32,000 bases of DNA from an archaeon GW2011_AR10 (GTDB taxonomy: Archaea; Iainarchaeota; Iainarchaeia; Iainarchaeales; GW2011-AR10): assembly GCA_000830275.1 (NCBI GenBank), contig CP010424.1, forward strand, positions 690,001 through 722,000. Reading direction: 5' to 3'. The notes under the pieces were generated by a model. The model searched no databases and was not told the origin of the DNA. It saw nothing but the letters and a program-made list of their open reading frames with translations. This document shows, one piece after another, positions 9,039 through 16,046 of this stretch. The position numbers and the translations under genes were made by a program. Each line of letters begins with the position of its first letter. Within the stretch, counting starts at the first letter, position 1.

Positions 9039-9098
9039 CGAGTGAAACGAGCCAGTGGCATCGCAGATGCCACACCTCGTAAACTGAGGTAACAGTTT
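9039..9098 (+). promoter_or_regulatory. ~60-nt hairpin-containing leader element ending at the start codon of the 9099 gene
   Basis: CGAGTGAAACGAGCCAGTGGCATCGCAGATGCCACACCTCGTAAACTGAGGTAACAGTTT|ATGGAT. Perfect hairpin GTGGCATC-GCA-GATGCCAC at 9055..9073. GAGGT lies 8 nt before the ATG. Confidence 0.6.
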
Positions 9099-9413
9099 AT
9101 GGATACGTTCAATTTTCTTGTGTCAATTCTTCTCATAATAATTGCAATACAATACCAGCAGAACTGGATTGTTTTCGCAATCCTGATTATTTCGATTCTT
9201 TCAACTAGATCGCTTTCAACTGCAATAACCCTTATTATTTCAACTATTGTGGTGTATGCAGTTCTTGGTTCGGGCGACATTTCGAGCTTGTTCCCTGTTG
9301 TTGTGTTCGGCTTAATCATTTTTGCGTTGGTTCTTGGCTTGGCTGAAAAGCCAAAACAGCCAGAATATTATCCCCCTGACCCCGGCTACGGTGAAATGCT
9401 TGGCGGCGGCTGA
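9099..9413 (+). CDS. Small membrane protein (104 aa), hypothetical
   Basis: ATG preceded by GAGGT 8 nt upstream, within the hairpin repeat element. Three hydrophobic helices. Pro/Tyr-rich tail KPKQPEYYPPDPGYGEMLGGG. Confidence 0.65.
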   Translation: MDTFNFLVSILLIIIAIQYQQNWIVFAILIISILSTRSLSTAITLIISTIVVYAVLGSGDISSLFPVVVFGLIIFALVLGLAEKPKQPEYYPPDPGYGEMLGGG

Positions 9414-9429
9414 TAAAACCGATTCAGCA

Positions 9430-9783
9430 TTGGTTGTGCTGGTATTAGTGCTGATTCTAGTGTTTGTGAAACTGGACGAAATGCTGCTTGCATTGTTGGC
9501 TGCCTTTATGCTGGTGCTGCTTTTATTTGTAAGGGCTTTTGGCGCTTTTACTGGAAGCGCTTCTGCAGTTGGAAAGGTCATTGGAGAGGAAGCAGGAAGG
9601 GAATACGGGGACATTGAAAAAGCAAAGGGAACTTTTCCCTCAGGAGAAGAGCTTTCCAGCATAGCGGGGGAACAGGCAAGGGCTTTTGGGGGAAAAGAAA
9701 AACTTTCAGGCAGCACCATGGAGAAATTCTCGAAGGGCGCCGAACGCTTTGTGAAAAAAGCAAAAAAATTTTTTCAGAAATAG
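9430..9783 (+). CDS. Small membrane protein with a charged C-terminal tail, hypothetical (start uncertain)
   Basis: The track ORF 9322..9783 overlaps the previous gene by 92 nt in another frame. In-frame TTG 9430, GTG 9436 and ATG 9481 lie just after that gene's stop. The product has two hydrophobic helices (VVLVLVLILVFV, LLALLAAFMLVLLLFVRAFGAF) and a Lys-rich tail ending KKFFQK. Confidence 0.5.
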   Translation: MVVLVLVLILVFVKLDEMLLALLAAFMLVLLLFVRAFGAFTGSASAVGKVIGEEAGREYGDIEKAKGTFPSGEELSSIAGEQARAFGGKEKLSGSTMEKFSKGAERFVKKAKKFFQK

Positions 9784-9796
9784 TGTTTCTGGCAGC

Positions 9797-10381
9797 CTAC
9801 TTTTCAAGGGAGTTCAGGATGTCGCGGTTTGTTGAAATCACTTTCTTCAAAAGCGACTGAACTGCTTCGTTTCCTGCCTTTAAATCAGCTAGCTCCCTTT
9901 CAAACTCTGAAAGCTTTTTCTCTATCTGCTTGAGTTTTGAGTCATCCCCGGATTCAGATGCAGGCATTGACTCAACTTTGGAGTGAATTGCTTCCATCCG
10001 CTGTTTGAGCTCATCAAGCTTGCTGCTCTGCTCTTCAAGCGCAGTATGAGTTGTTGTGTGTCCAAGCTCGTGGCTTTCCCTGAAATTGTTAAGGTGCTCT
10101 TTGATTGTTGCAGCAATGCTTCCAACATTTCCTTCATGCTTTTCTTCAGCGAAACCTTCTTCCCCTGCTTCCAAATCATCTTCGGATGCCCCTGATTCTT
10201 CTTCTGCACCGTATTCTTTTGTGCCCTCTGCTGGTTTTTTTCCTTTCGCTTCCGCCAAATACTGTTCCACTTCCTTGTCGTTGAACCCAATGTCCTTAAG
10301 TGTAGACCTAATGGTTTCATCATCGACTCCTGATTCAAGCATTTTCCTGATAGTGTCCATGACAATTTGCTTGCTTACCAT
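9797..10381 (-). CDS. Acidic coiled-coil protein, hypothetical
   Basis: The track starts at GTG 10408, but a TATATAAA box (10416-10423, minus sense TTTATATA) is only ~12 nt upstream of that GTG. ATG 10381 (MVSKQIVMDTIRKML...) lies ~39 nt downstream of the box and is preferred. The product has a small helical N-domain, a Glu-rich linker and heptad-like C-terminal helices. Confidence 0.6.
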   Translation of the reverse strand: MVSKQIVMDTIRKMLESGVDDETIRSTLKDIGFNDKEVEQYLAEAKGKKPAEGTKEYGAEEESGASEDDLEAGEEGFAEEKHEGNVGSIAATIKEHLNNFRESHELGHTTTHTALEEQSSKLDELKQRMEAIHSKVESMPASESGDDSKLKQIEKKLSEFERELADLKAGNEAVQSLLKKVISTNRDILNSLEK

Positions 10382-10536
10382 CAAACCACTTCTTCTATAA
10401 TATTGCACTGGGGGGTATATAAATACTTAACAACCATATAAAATCTTCCCTTAGACAGTGATGGCCCTGCGTTGGTTAATTGCAAAATAATAAATATGGT
10501 TTAGGTTATATGATTATAGATCTCTGAGTGAATTGA

Positions 10537-12027
10537 ATGGAAATTTTCAAGTTAAGCGACGGCCCGTGGAAAAAGCTGTTTGAGGGAGCATTTGAAGAGA
10601 ACGAAGTAAACATTTATTCAAACCCTAAAAGCATTATTCTTGTCCTCATTTTTGAGAAGGAATCAGGCAAGACCTCAGGCGTTGTAGTAGAGATGTTCAA
10701 GGTGTTCTTTTCAGTCGGCGAAGTGGAGGGCTTTGTCGAAACGCTGCCAAGAGAAATCATTCTCCTAACAAAGCACGATGAAAAAGAAACCCTGAAATTT
10801 CTTGTTCTCGGGTCAAGGCCATCCTACATAAAGTGGGAGGAACAGCAGTTTATGGCAGAAACCGATACAATGCTGAAGCGCCTTAAGACATCTTCAACAC
10901 TGATAAAGGATGTTTCAAAGGCATACGATCTTACGCTGCAGGAGCTCAGCGAAGCACATGAATCAGCGCAAAAAGCTTTTTTCACCCAGCCTCTTTTGGT
11001 GCCGCTGCTTTCAACCAGCTCGCATGAAACCGAGTCAGGCATAGCCGGGATTGCCAAAGGAGAAATCATTTTCGGCTTAACCAAAAAACAGGAACAGGTG
11101 CTGGAGCCGATTAATTTGTTCAATAAAACAATTATTTTTGGAGGCAGAGAACATGACAGAAGGCACGTGCTGAAAGTAATAGCTGAAAGCGCGCTGCTTT
11201 CAAGCATTCCAGTGGTGGTTCTTGACTGGAACAACGTGTTCAAGAGCCTAAACGACGCATCAAAGGACTTGGACGGGCTGAAGAAATACAAGGTGGGCAT
11301 CGATCCAATAGGTTTCCCTGTAAAAATCCTTAAGCCAGTTGAAGAAATAAAGGTTGACTTGAACTGCACTAACGCTAAAGGCTTGGCTGAAGTGTTCGGC
11401 ATCGGCGACAACATTATAACAAAAATAATTGTTGACACGCTCCGCGACAACAGGGTTTCAGGCATCAGTGAATTGATTGAAAAGGTTAAGGCAACAACGC
11501 CGGGAGAAGAGCCAAACATTTACGAGCTGAACAAAGCAGTGAGGATTCTTTCGCTGATAAGCCAGCGCTATCCCGGCCTATTTGAAGGAAAAAACGATTA
11601 CGCCAACATTGTTGCAGGCACTGGCAAGTCGATTGGAAGAGCAGCCATTATTGATTTGAGCGGAGTTGACGATAGAGTAAAGCTTTTAGTGGGGCACAAC
11701 ATTTTTAACGGCCTGCTGAAGCAGTTTAAGGGAAAAGATAAAACAGGGAAGCCACCGGTGCTTATCGTGCCGCATGCAAAAATTTTTGTCGGAGCTGAAA
11801 AAGCATCAGTTATCTCAGCCGAGTCAATAATTGTGATAAGCGAACTTGGAAAGATTGGCGTTGGCTATGCGCTGGAAGAAGAAAACGCGCTTGACATCGC
11901 CAAAGAAGTGGCGAACTCAACTGAAGCAAAAATCACTATCATCAAAGAAAATGACATTAGCGTTCAACTGAAGGGAAGACAAAGCTACAGGGTTTTCGTG
12001 AGGCCAACCCTCAGCAGAGCCTCATAA
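10537..12027 (+). CDS. HerA/DUF87 (FtsK-HerA superfamily)-like protein with degenerate Walker A and Walker B motifs
   Basis: 496-aa ORF with AT-rich TATA-like sequence upstream. Its layout matches my memory of DUF87/HerA proteins. GEIIFGLTKKQEQVLEPINLFNKTIIFGGREHDRRHVLKVI occupies the place of ...G..v.l....l..H..I.G.TGSGKS. GRAAIIDLSG matches the IDLS motif. PPVLIVPHAKIFV occupies the place of llv(I/L)EEAH.f. No GK(S/T) P-loop occurs anywhere in the protein. The family call is pattern recognition, not a search. Confidence 0.6.
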   Translation: MEIFKLSDGPWKKLFEGAFEENEVNIYSNPKSIILVLIFEKESGKTSGVVVEMFKVFFSVGEVEGFVETLPREIILLTKHDEKETLKFLVLGSRPSYIKWEEQQFMAETDTMLKRLKTSSTLIKDVSKAYDLTLQELSEAHESAQKAFFTQPLLVPLLSTSSHETESGIAGIAKGEIIFGLTKKQEQVLEPINLFNKTIIFGGREHDRRHVLKVIAESALLSSIPVVVLDWNNVFKSLNDASKDLDGLKKYKVGIDPIGFPVKILKPVEEIKVDLNCTNAKGLAEVFGIGDNIITKIIVDTLRDNRVSGISELIEKVKATTPGEEPNIYELNKAVRILSLISQRYPGLFEGKNDYANIVAGTGKSIGRAAIIDLSGVDDRVKLLVGHNIFNGLLKQFKGKDKTGKPPVLIVPHAKIFVGAEKASVISAESIIVISELGKIGVGYALEEENALDIAKEVANSTEAKITIIKENDISVQLKGRQSYRVFVRPTLSRAS

Positions 12028-12507
12028 TCATTTCCTTCTTTTTCCCTTAAGCTTGTTTTCAATCAGTTTTTCTAAGTCGCCCCTTGTAACGAATTCAAGC
12101 GGGTTAATTGCGTCAATCACGTACTTTATTTCCTTGAGCTCTTCCTGCTTGGCAAACTTGTCATTCATTTCAAGAATGGCGGACTGCATTTCTGAGAGAA
12201 GCTCTGACTGCTTTGAAACAACCGAATTGAGGTTTGCGAGCTCGTTCCTGATTGAGCCAACTTCCCCTGAAGGGGTTACACCGCCTTGCAAGCCGCCTGA
12301 TTCGAGGCCTTTAAGCTTCTTGTTTAATACTAGCAGGTTTCTTCCCAAAATTTTCTCGTTTCTTACCACGTACTTCATTTTTTGGGAGAGCACAAGAATG
12401 CTAGAGTTAAGGGCGCGGATGTCTGAGTTTATTTTTGAAAGAATCTCGGTCGCCCTAGAAGGCACACCTTTTTTTGCCCTTCTATCGTCCCTTTCAACTC
12501 TTGACAT
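12028..12507 (-). CDS. Coiled-coil protein, hypothetical
   Basis: 159-aa ORF whose stop codon directly abuts the stop of the convergent 10537..12027 gene. Basic N-terminus (MSRVERDDRRAKK) followed by long heptad-like helices. TATA-like TTTAATTAAAC ~35 nt upstream on the minus strand. Confidence 0.65.
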   Translation of the reverse strand: MSRVERDDRRAKKGVPSRATEILSKINSDIRALNSSILVLSQKMKYVVRNEKILGRNLLVLNKKLKGLESGGLQGGVTPSGEVGSIRNELANLNSVVSKQSELLSEMQSAILEMNDKFAKQEELKEIKYVIDAINPLEFVTRGDLEKLIENKLKGKRRK

Positions 12508-12618
12508 ACTTCAAGCCTCTATTCGCCTGCAACACGTTTAATTAAACAAAATCACTTAAATAATGACCATTTAAAGTAAAAAAGGTTTTCTTTGGCAGGA
12601 AAGACACCAAACCAAGAC

Positions 12619-12630
12619 AATTATAAAAGA
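12619..12630 (+). promoter_or_regulatory. TATA-like box upstream of polB
   Basis: AATTATAAAAGA is centred ~28 nt before ATG 12653. Confidence 0.3.
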
Positions 12631-12652
12631 TTTCGAAGAAAAAGGTTATATC

Positions 12653-15076
12653 ATGGCTAAAGCGGTTAAGAAAGGCACTCTATTGGATGTAAGCTACTTT
12701 TTGGATGACGAAAAAGGCATTGCCTTAAATCTTTTCGTGAAAACCCAGAAAGGAATAGAGGAATTCTCGGAGAAAAAGTTCAAGCCATACTTTTACGTTG
12801 TTACAGATGACGCAAAAAAAAGGCTGCGTGAACTGGAAAAAAAGGAGTTTGGAGAAGAAAAAATAAAGCCCATGAAAGTGGAGGAAGTAAAAAAGTCAAA
12901 CGAGGAAAACGTGCTGAAGTTGAGCTTCAAAAACACGCACGAGCTTATAACTGCGAGGGAATCAATAGAAGAAATGCAGGGAGTTAAAGAGAAACGGGAG
13001 TACGATATCCCGTTTGCAAAGCGTTTCCTCATTGACCAAAGCATTGAGCCAATGAATGGCCTGGAGCTTGAAGTCAACGAAAAAAACGAAGTGCAAAAAC
13101 TCCGAGTATACAACACCAAGAAAGATTTATTGGATGAGCTCAGCGTTGCGTGCTTTGACATTGAAACCTATTCTCCTGGAAGGTTCAGTGACCCCTCCAG
13201 GGACCCAATAGTTTCAATCGCTTTAAGTTCTGGCGGAAAAGAAAAAGCGTTTGTGTGGAGGCAGAAACCAGAAAAAGAAAAAGCAGATTTTTTTGAAACG
13301 GAAAAAGAAATGCTTGAAGCATTTCTCAACGAAATGGCAAAATCAAAGCCAGACATTATTGTTACTTACAATGGAGACATGTTTGATTTTCCTTACATTA
13401 AGGAAAGAGCCAGAGTACTGAAGGTTGATTTGAAGAAAGGCTTTGGCTCCGAGCCAGACGTTAGAAGGAAAGGTCTTCAGAATGCAGTGAAGCTGAAAGG
13501 AATCCAGCACGTTGACGCATATCAGATAGTGAGACTGATGACAAGGTTTGGCACAGTCAGCCTTGTCAAGTTTGACTTGGAGTCTGTAAGCTTCGAATTG
13601 TTCGGCAAAGAAAAGGAAAAAATGACCCCTGAACAAATAAACAAGGCTTGGAGCACTGGAACAAACATTGATGCGCTGCTGCAGTACAACAAAGAGGACG
13701 CAAAAACTACACTCAGGATTGCTGAGACATTCCTTCCATTGTTTTTTGAGTTCTCAAAGCTCGTGCACCAGACACTGTTTGATTCAACGAGGAGCTCTGC
13801 TGGACAGCTCGTGGAAGATCTGCTGATAGAGAAATCGTTTGAAAACAACGCGCTGATTCCAAACAAGCCGCAAGAAGGAGTTGTAACGCAGAGGCTGCTG
13901 CAGAGCTTTAAGGGAGGGTATGTCAAGGAGCCTGTTGCAGGGCTGCATGAAAACATTGCAGTGCTTGACTTCCGGAGCCTTCACCCAAGCATAATGATTT
14001 CCCACAATGTTTCGCCTGAAACCCTCAAGTGCGAGCACGCCTCATGCAGGAACGGGAAAAACCTTTCGCCTGACAAGGACTGGTTCTGCGAAAAAAAGAG
14101 GGGTTTCATTCCAACAATTATAGAGGAAATCCTGAACAAGAGAATTGAAATTAAAAACGAAATGAAGAAATTTAAGGAGGGCACGCCTGAATTTGAAAGC
14201 CTTAAGGCAAGGCAGCATGCCCTGAAAATAGTTCTGAATTCGCATTACGGTTACCTTGGTTATGCTAGGAGCAGGTGGTATAGCAGGGAAAGCGCAAGGG
14301 CAGTTACTGCTTGGAGCAGGCACTACATAAGGGAGAGCATTCACAAGGCGGAAAAGGCAGGCTTTAACCCGATTTATAGTGACACTGACAGCCTATTCAT
14401 AATCGTTCCAAAAGGCAAAACCGAAAAAGACGTTAACGCGTTCGTGAAAAAAATAAACAGCGAACTGCCCGGAGCAATGGAACTAGAGTTTGAAGGCTAC
14501 TACAAGCGAGGTATTTTCGTAACCAAAAAAGAGGGCGGGGCAGCAAAAAAAAGGTACGCGCTGGTTGACTTCAAGGACAGCCTAAAAATTGTTGGCTTTG
14601 AGTATGTTAGGAGGGACTGGGCAAGGATTGCAAAGGAAACCCAAAAAGAAGTGATTGAAGCAGTGCTGAAGGAAGGCAAACCAGAAAAAGCAGTTGAAAT
14701 CGTGAAAAAAATAGTTGAGAGGCTGAAGAAGGGGGAAGTAACAAAAAAAGAGCTGATAATTATGACGCAGATAAGAAGGCCCCTGAACAAGTATGAAAAC
14801 ATTGGCCCGCACGTTGCTGCTGCACAAAAAGCAGTCAAGAGAGGAAAAGAGGTTGGCGTTGGGTCAACGATTTCCTTCATAATTACGAAGTCTGGGAAAA
14901 GCATAAGCGACAAAGCAGAACTAGAAGAATTCGTTAAAGAAGGAAACTATGATGCCGACTATTACATTAATCACCAGGTTTTGCCGGCAATAATCAAGAT
15001 ACTGGCCGAGCTAGGCTACAGCGAAGAGGACCTAATCCAGGGAGGAAAACAGCAGAGCTTAAGCTCATTCATGTAA
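12653..15076 (+). CDS. polB: Family B DNA polymerase (archaeal PolB)
   Basis: 807 aa, collinear by eye with Pyrococcus/Thermococcus PolB. Exo I FDIETYS; Exo II IIVTYNGDMFDFPY; Exo III YNKEDAKTT. Motif A LDFRSLHPSIMISHNVSPETL; motif B KIVLNSHYGYLGYARSRWY; motif C IYSDTDSLF. Also KKRYA, VRRDW and YYINHQVLPA. No intein. Confidence 0.97.
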   Translation: MAKAVKKGTLLDVSYFLDDEKGIALNLFVKTQKGIEEFSEKKFKPYFYVVTDDAKKRLRELEKKEFGEEKIKPMKVEEVKKSNEENVLKLSFKNTHELITARESIEEMQGVKEKREYDIPFAKRFLIDQSIEPMNGLELEVNEKNEVQKLRVYNTKKDLLDELSVACFDIETYSPGRFSDPSRDPIVSIALSSGGKEKAFVWRQKPEKEKADFFETEKEMLEAFLNEMAKSKPDIIVTYNGDMFDFPYIKERARVLKVDLKKGFGSEPDVRRKGLQNAVKLKGIQHVDAYQIVRLMTRFGTVSLVKFDLESVSFELFGKEKEKMTPEQINKAWSTGTNIDALLQYNKEDAKTTLRIAETFLPLFFEFSKLVHQTLFDSTRSSAGQLVEDLLIEKSFENNALIPNKPQEGVVTQRLLQSFKGGYVKEPVAGLHENIAVLDFRSLHPSIMISHNVSPETLKCEHASCRNGKNLSPDKDWFCEKKRGFIPTIIEEILNKRIEIKNEMKKFKEGTPEFESLKARQHALKIVLNSHYGYLGYARSRWYSRESARAVTAWSRHYIRESIHKAEKAGFNPIYSDTDSLFIIVPKGKTEKDVNAFVKKINSELPGAMELEFEGYYKRGIFVTKKEGGAAKKRYALVDFKDSLKIVGFEYVRRDWARIAKETQKEVIEAVLKEGKPEKAVEIVKKIVERLKKGEVTKKELIIMTQIRRPLNKYENIGPHVAAAQKAVKRGKEVGVGSTISFIITKSGKSISDKAELEEFVKEGNYDADYYINHQVLPAIIKILAELGYSEEDLIQGGKQQSLSSFM

Positions 15077-15088
15077 AGAAAAGATAAT

Positions 15089-15149
15089 GCGAACGAAGCG
15101 AGCAAGTGGCATCGCAGATGCCACACGTTGCAAACAGAGGTGTCGGTTT
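15089..15149 (+). promoter_or_regulatory. Second copy of the ~60-nt hairpin leader element, ending at the map start codon
   Basis: GCGAACGAAGCGAGCAAGTGGCATCGCAGATGCCACACGTTGCAAACAGAGGTGTCGGTTT|ATGGAT. The 22-mer AGTGGCATCGCAGATGCCACAC (15105..15126) is identical to 9054..9075. The GAGGT-N8-ATGGAT arrangement is the same. Confidence 0.6.
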
Positions 15150-16046
15150 ATGGATTCAGAAGAATACAAAAAATATGTGAAAGCAGGAAAAATTCTTCAG
15201 CAGGCAAAAAAGGAAGCAAAAAAGCTTGCAAGGCCAGGCAAAAAAATGCTTGAACTGGCTGAATCGATTGAGGCATTCATAGAGGAAAACAGTGGAAAAC
15301 CTGCTTTTCCGGTTAACCTTTCAGCCAACAACTGCGCTGCACACTTTACTCCATCAGAAAACGATGAACGCACTGTCAAAGAAAATGATGTGCTGAAAAT
15401 CGATGTTGGCGTGCATGTTGACGGCTTCATTGCTGACTCTGCTGTGACAATTGACTTCTCAGGAGAGCACGGCAAGATGGTTGAAGCAGCAGAGCAGGCG
15501 CTTGAAAACGCTTTAAGTGTTGTGAAAGTAGGGGCTACTGTAGGAAAAATTGGAGAGGAAATAGAGAGAACAATCAAAAAAGCAGGGTTCAATCCTGTCC
15601 AAAACCTCACCGGCCACGGATTGGAAGAGTATATTGCACATGCTGCGCCGCCAATTCCAAACATTTCAAGGCACGATGACCGAAAGCTTGAAGACGGCAA
15701 AGCATATGCTATTGAGCCGTTTGCCACCAACGGACGCGGCTTCGTAAGGGAAAGCGTTCAAGCGGAAATCTTTGGCTTGGATAAAGCGATTCCTGTTAGA
15801 AACACTAACGCAAGAAAGATATTGGAGTTCGTGCAAAAAGAATACAGGGAACTGCCTTTTGCTGAAAGGTGGGTTTCAGAAAAGTTGAAGCTGAGCGAGT
15901 TTGCAAGAAAAGTGGCGCTAAGAGAGCTACTGCAGAAAAAAGCAATTCACGCTTACCCGATGCTGAATGAGGAAGAAGGCAGGATTGTAACGCAGGCAGA
16001 GACAACGATTTTTTTAAAGGATGGCAAGATGGAAAAGCTGGTGTAA
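15150..16046 (+). CDS. map: Methionine aminopeptidase, type 2 (archaeal)
   Basis: MDSEEYKKYVKAGKI...KPAFPVNLSANNCAAHFTP...LKIDVGVHVDGFIADSAVT...NLTGHGL...YAIEPFAT...QAETTI is collinear with P. furiosus MetAP (MDTEKLMKAGEI...). Start moved from 15087 to ATG 15150: the upstream 63 nt belong to a non-coding repeat element, and GAGGT lies 8 nt before ATG 15150. Confidence 0.93.
   Translation: MDSEEYKKYVKAGKILQQAKKEAKKLARPGKKMLELAESIEAFIEENSGKPAFPVNLSANNCAAHFTPSENDERTVKENDVLKIDVGVHVDGFIADSAVTIDFSGEHGKMVEAAEQALENALSVVKVGATVGKIGEEIERTIKKAGFNPVQNLTGHGLEEYIAHAAPPIPNISRHDDRKLEDGKAYAIEPFATNGRGFVRESVQAEIFGLDKAIPVRNTNARKILEFVQKEYRELPFAERWVSEKLKLSEFARKVALRELLQKKAIHAYPMLNEEEGRIVTQAETTIFLKDGKMEKLV

Noticed and set aside
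8880-9098. Possible CRISPR array or C/D-box sRNA in the repeat cluster
   Set aside because: The units are irregular in length and spacing, with no unique spacers and no cas genes. No RUGAUGA C box is paired with a CUGA D box at sRNA spacing.
8738-9319. 193-aa minus-strand ORF and the 60-aa plus-strand ORF 8846..9028 in the repeat-filled gap
   Set aside because: The minus ORF is antisense to two membrane-protein genes and crosses the repeat cluster. The repeated NQSS in the 60-aa ORF simply mirrors a DNA-level direct repeat (AAA(T/C)CAGAGCAG...CCAT). Neither has start-site support.
9322-9429. Long version of the fifth small-membrane ORF overlapping the 9099..9413 gene by 92 nt
   Set aside because: The overlap is in a different frame across the hydrophobic coding sequence. 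In-frame TTG/GTG/ATG starts just after the upstream stop give a compact, non-overlapping gene.
12025-12030. Abutting convergent stop codons (TAA|TCA here, and TAA|TTA at 27647..27652) as a special regulatory signal
   Set aside because: This is probably just genome compaction. It is noted, but nothing in the sequence indicates a function.
12560-12652. AT-rich spacer upstream of polB with a TTTC...GGAAAG dyad, as a possible replication-origin ORB element
   Set aside because: The dyad is single and imperfect, there is no repeated ORB set, and no orc1/cdc6 gene is nearby. The AT-rich boxes are adequately explained as divergent promoters.
15087-15149. N-terminal 21-codon extension of map offered by the ORF track (MRTKRASGIADATRCKQRCRF...)
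   Set aside because: This stretch is the second copy of the hairpin repeat element. The homologous stretch upstream of ATG 9099 has an in-frame TAA, so the element is non-coding. MDSEEYKK also aligns with the N-terminus of characterised archaeal MetAP, and GAGGT sits 8 nt before ATG 15150.
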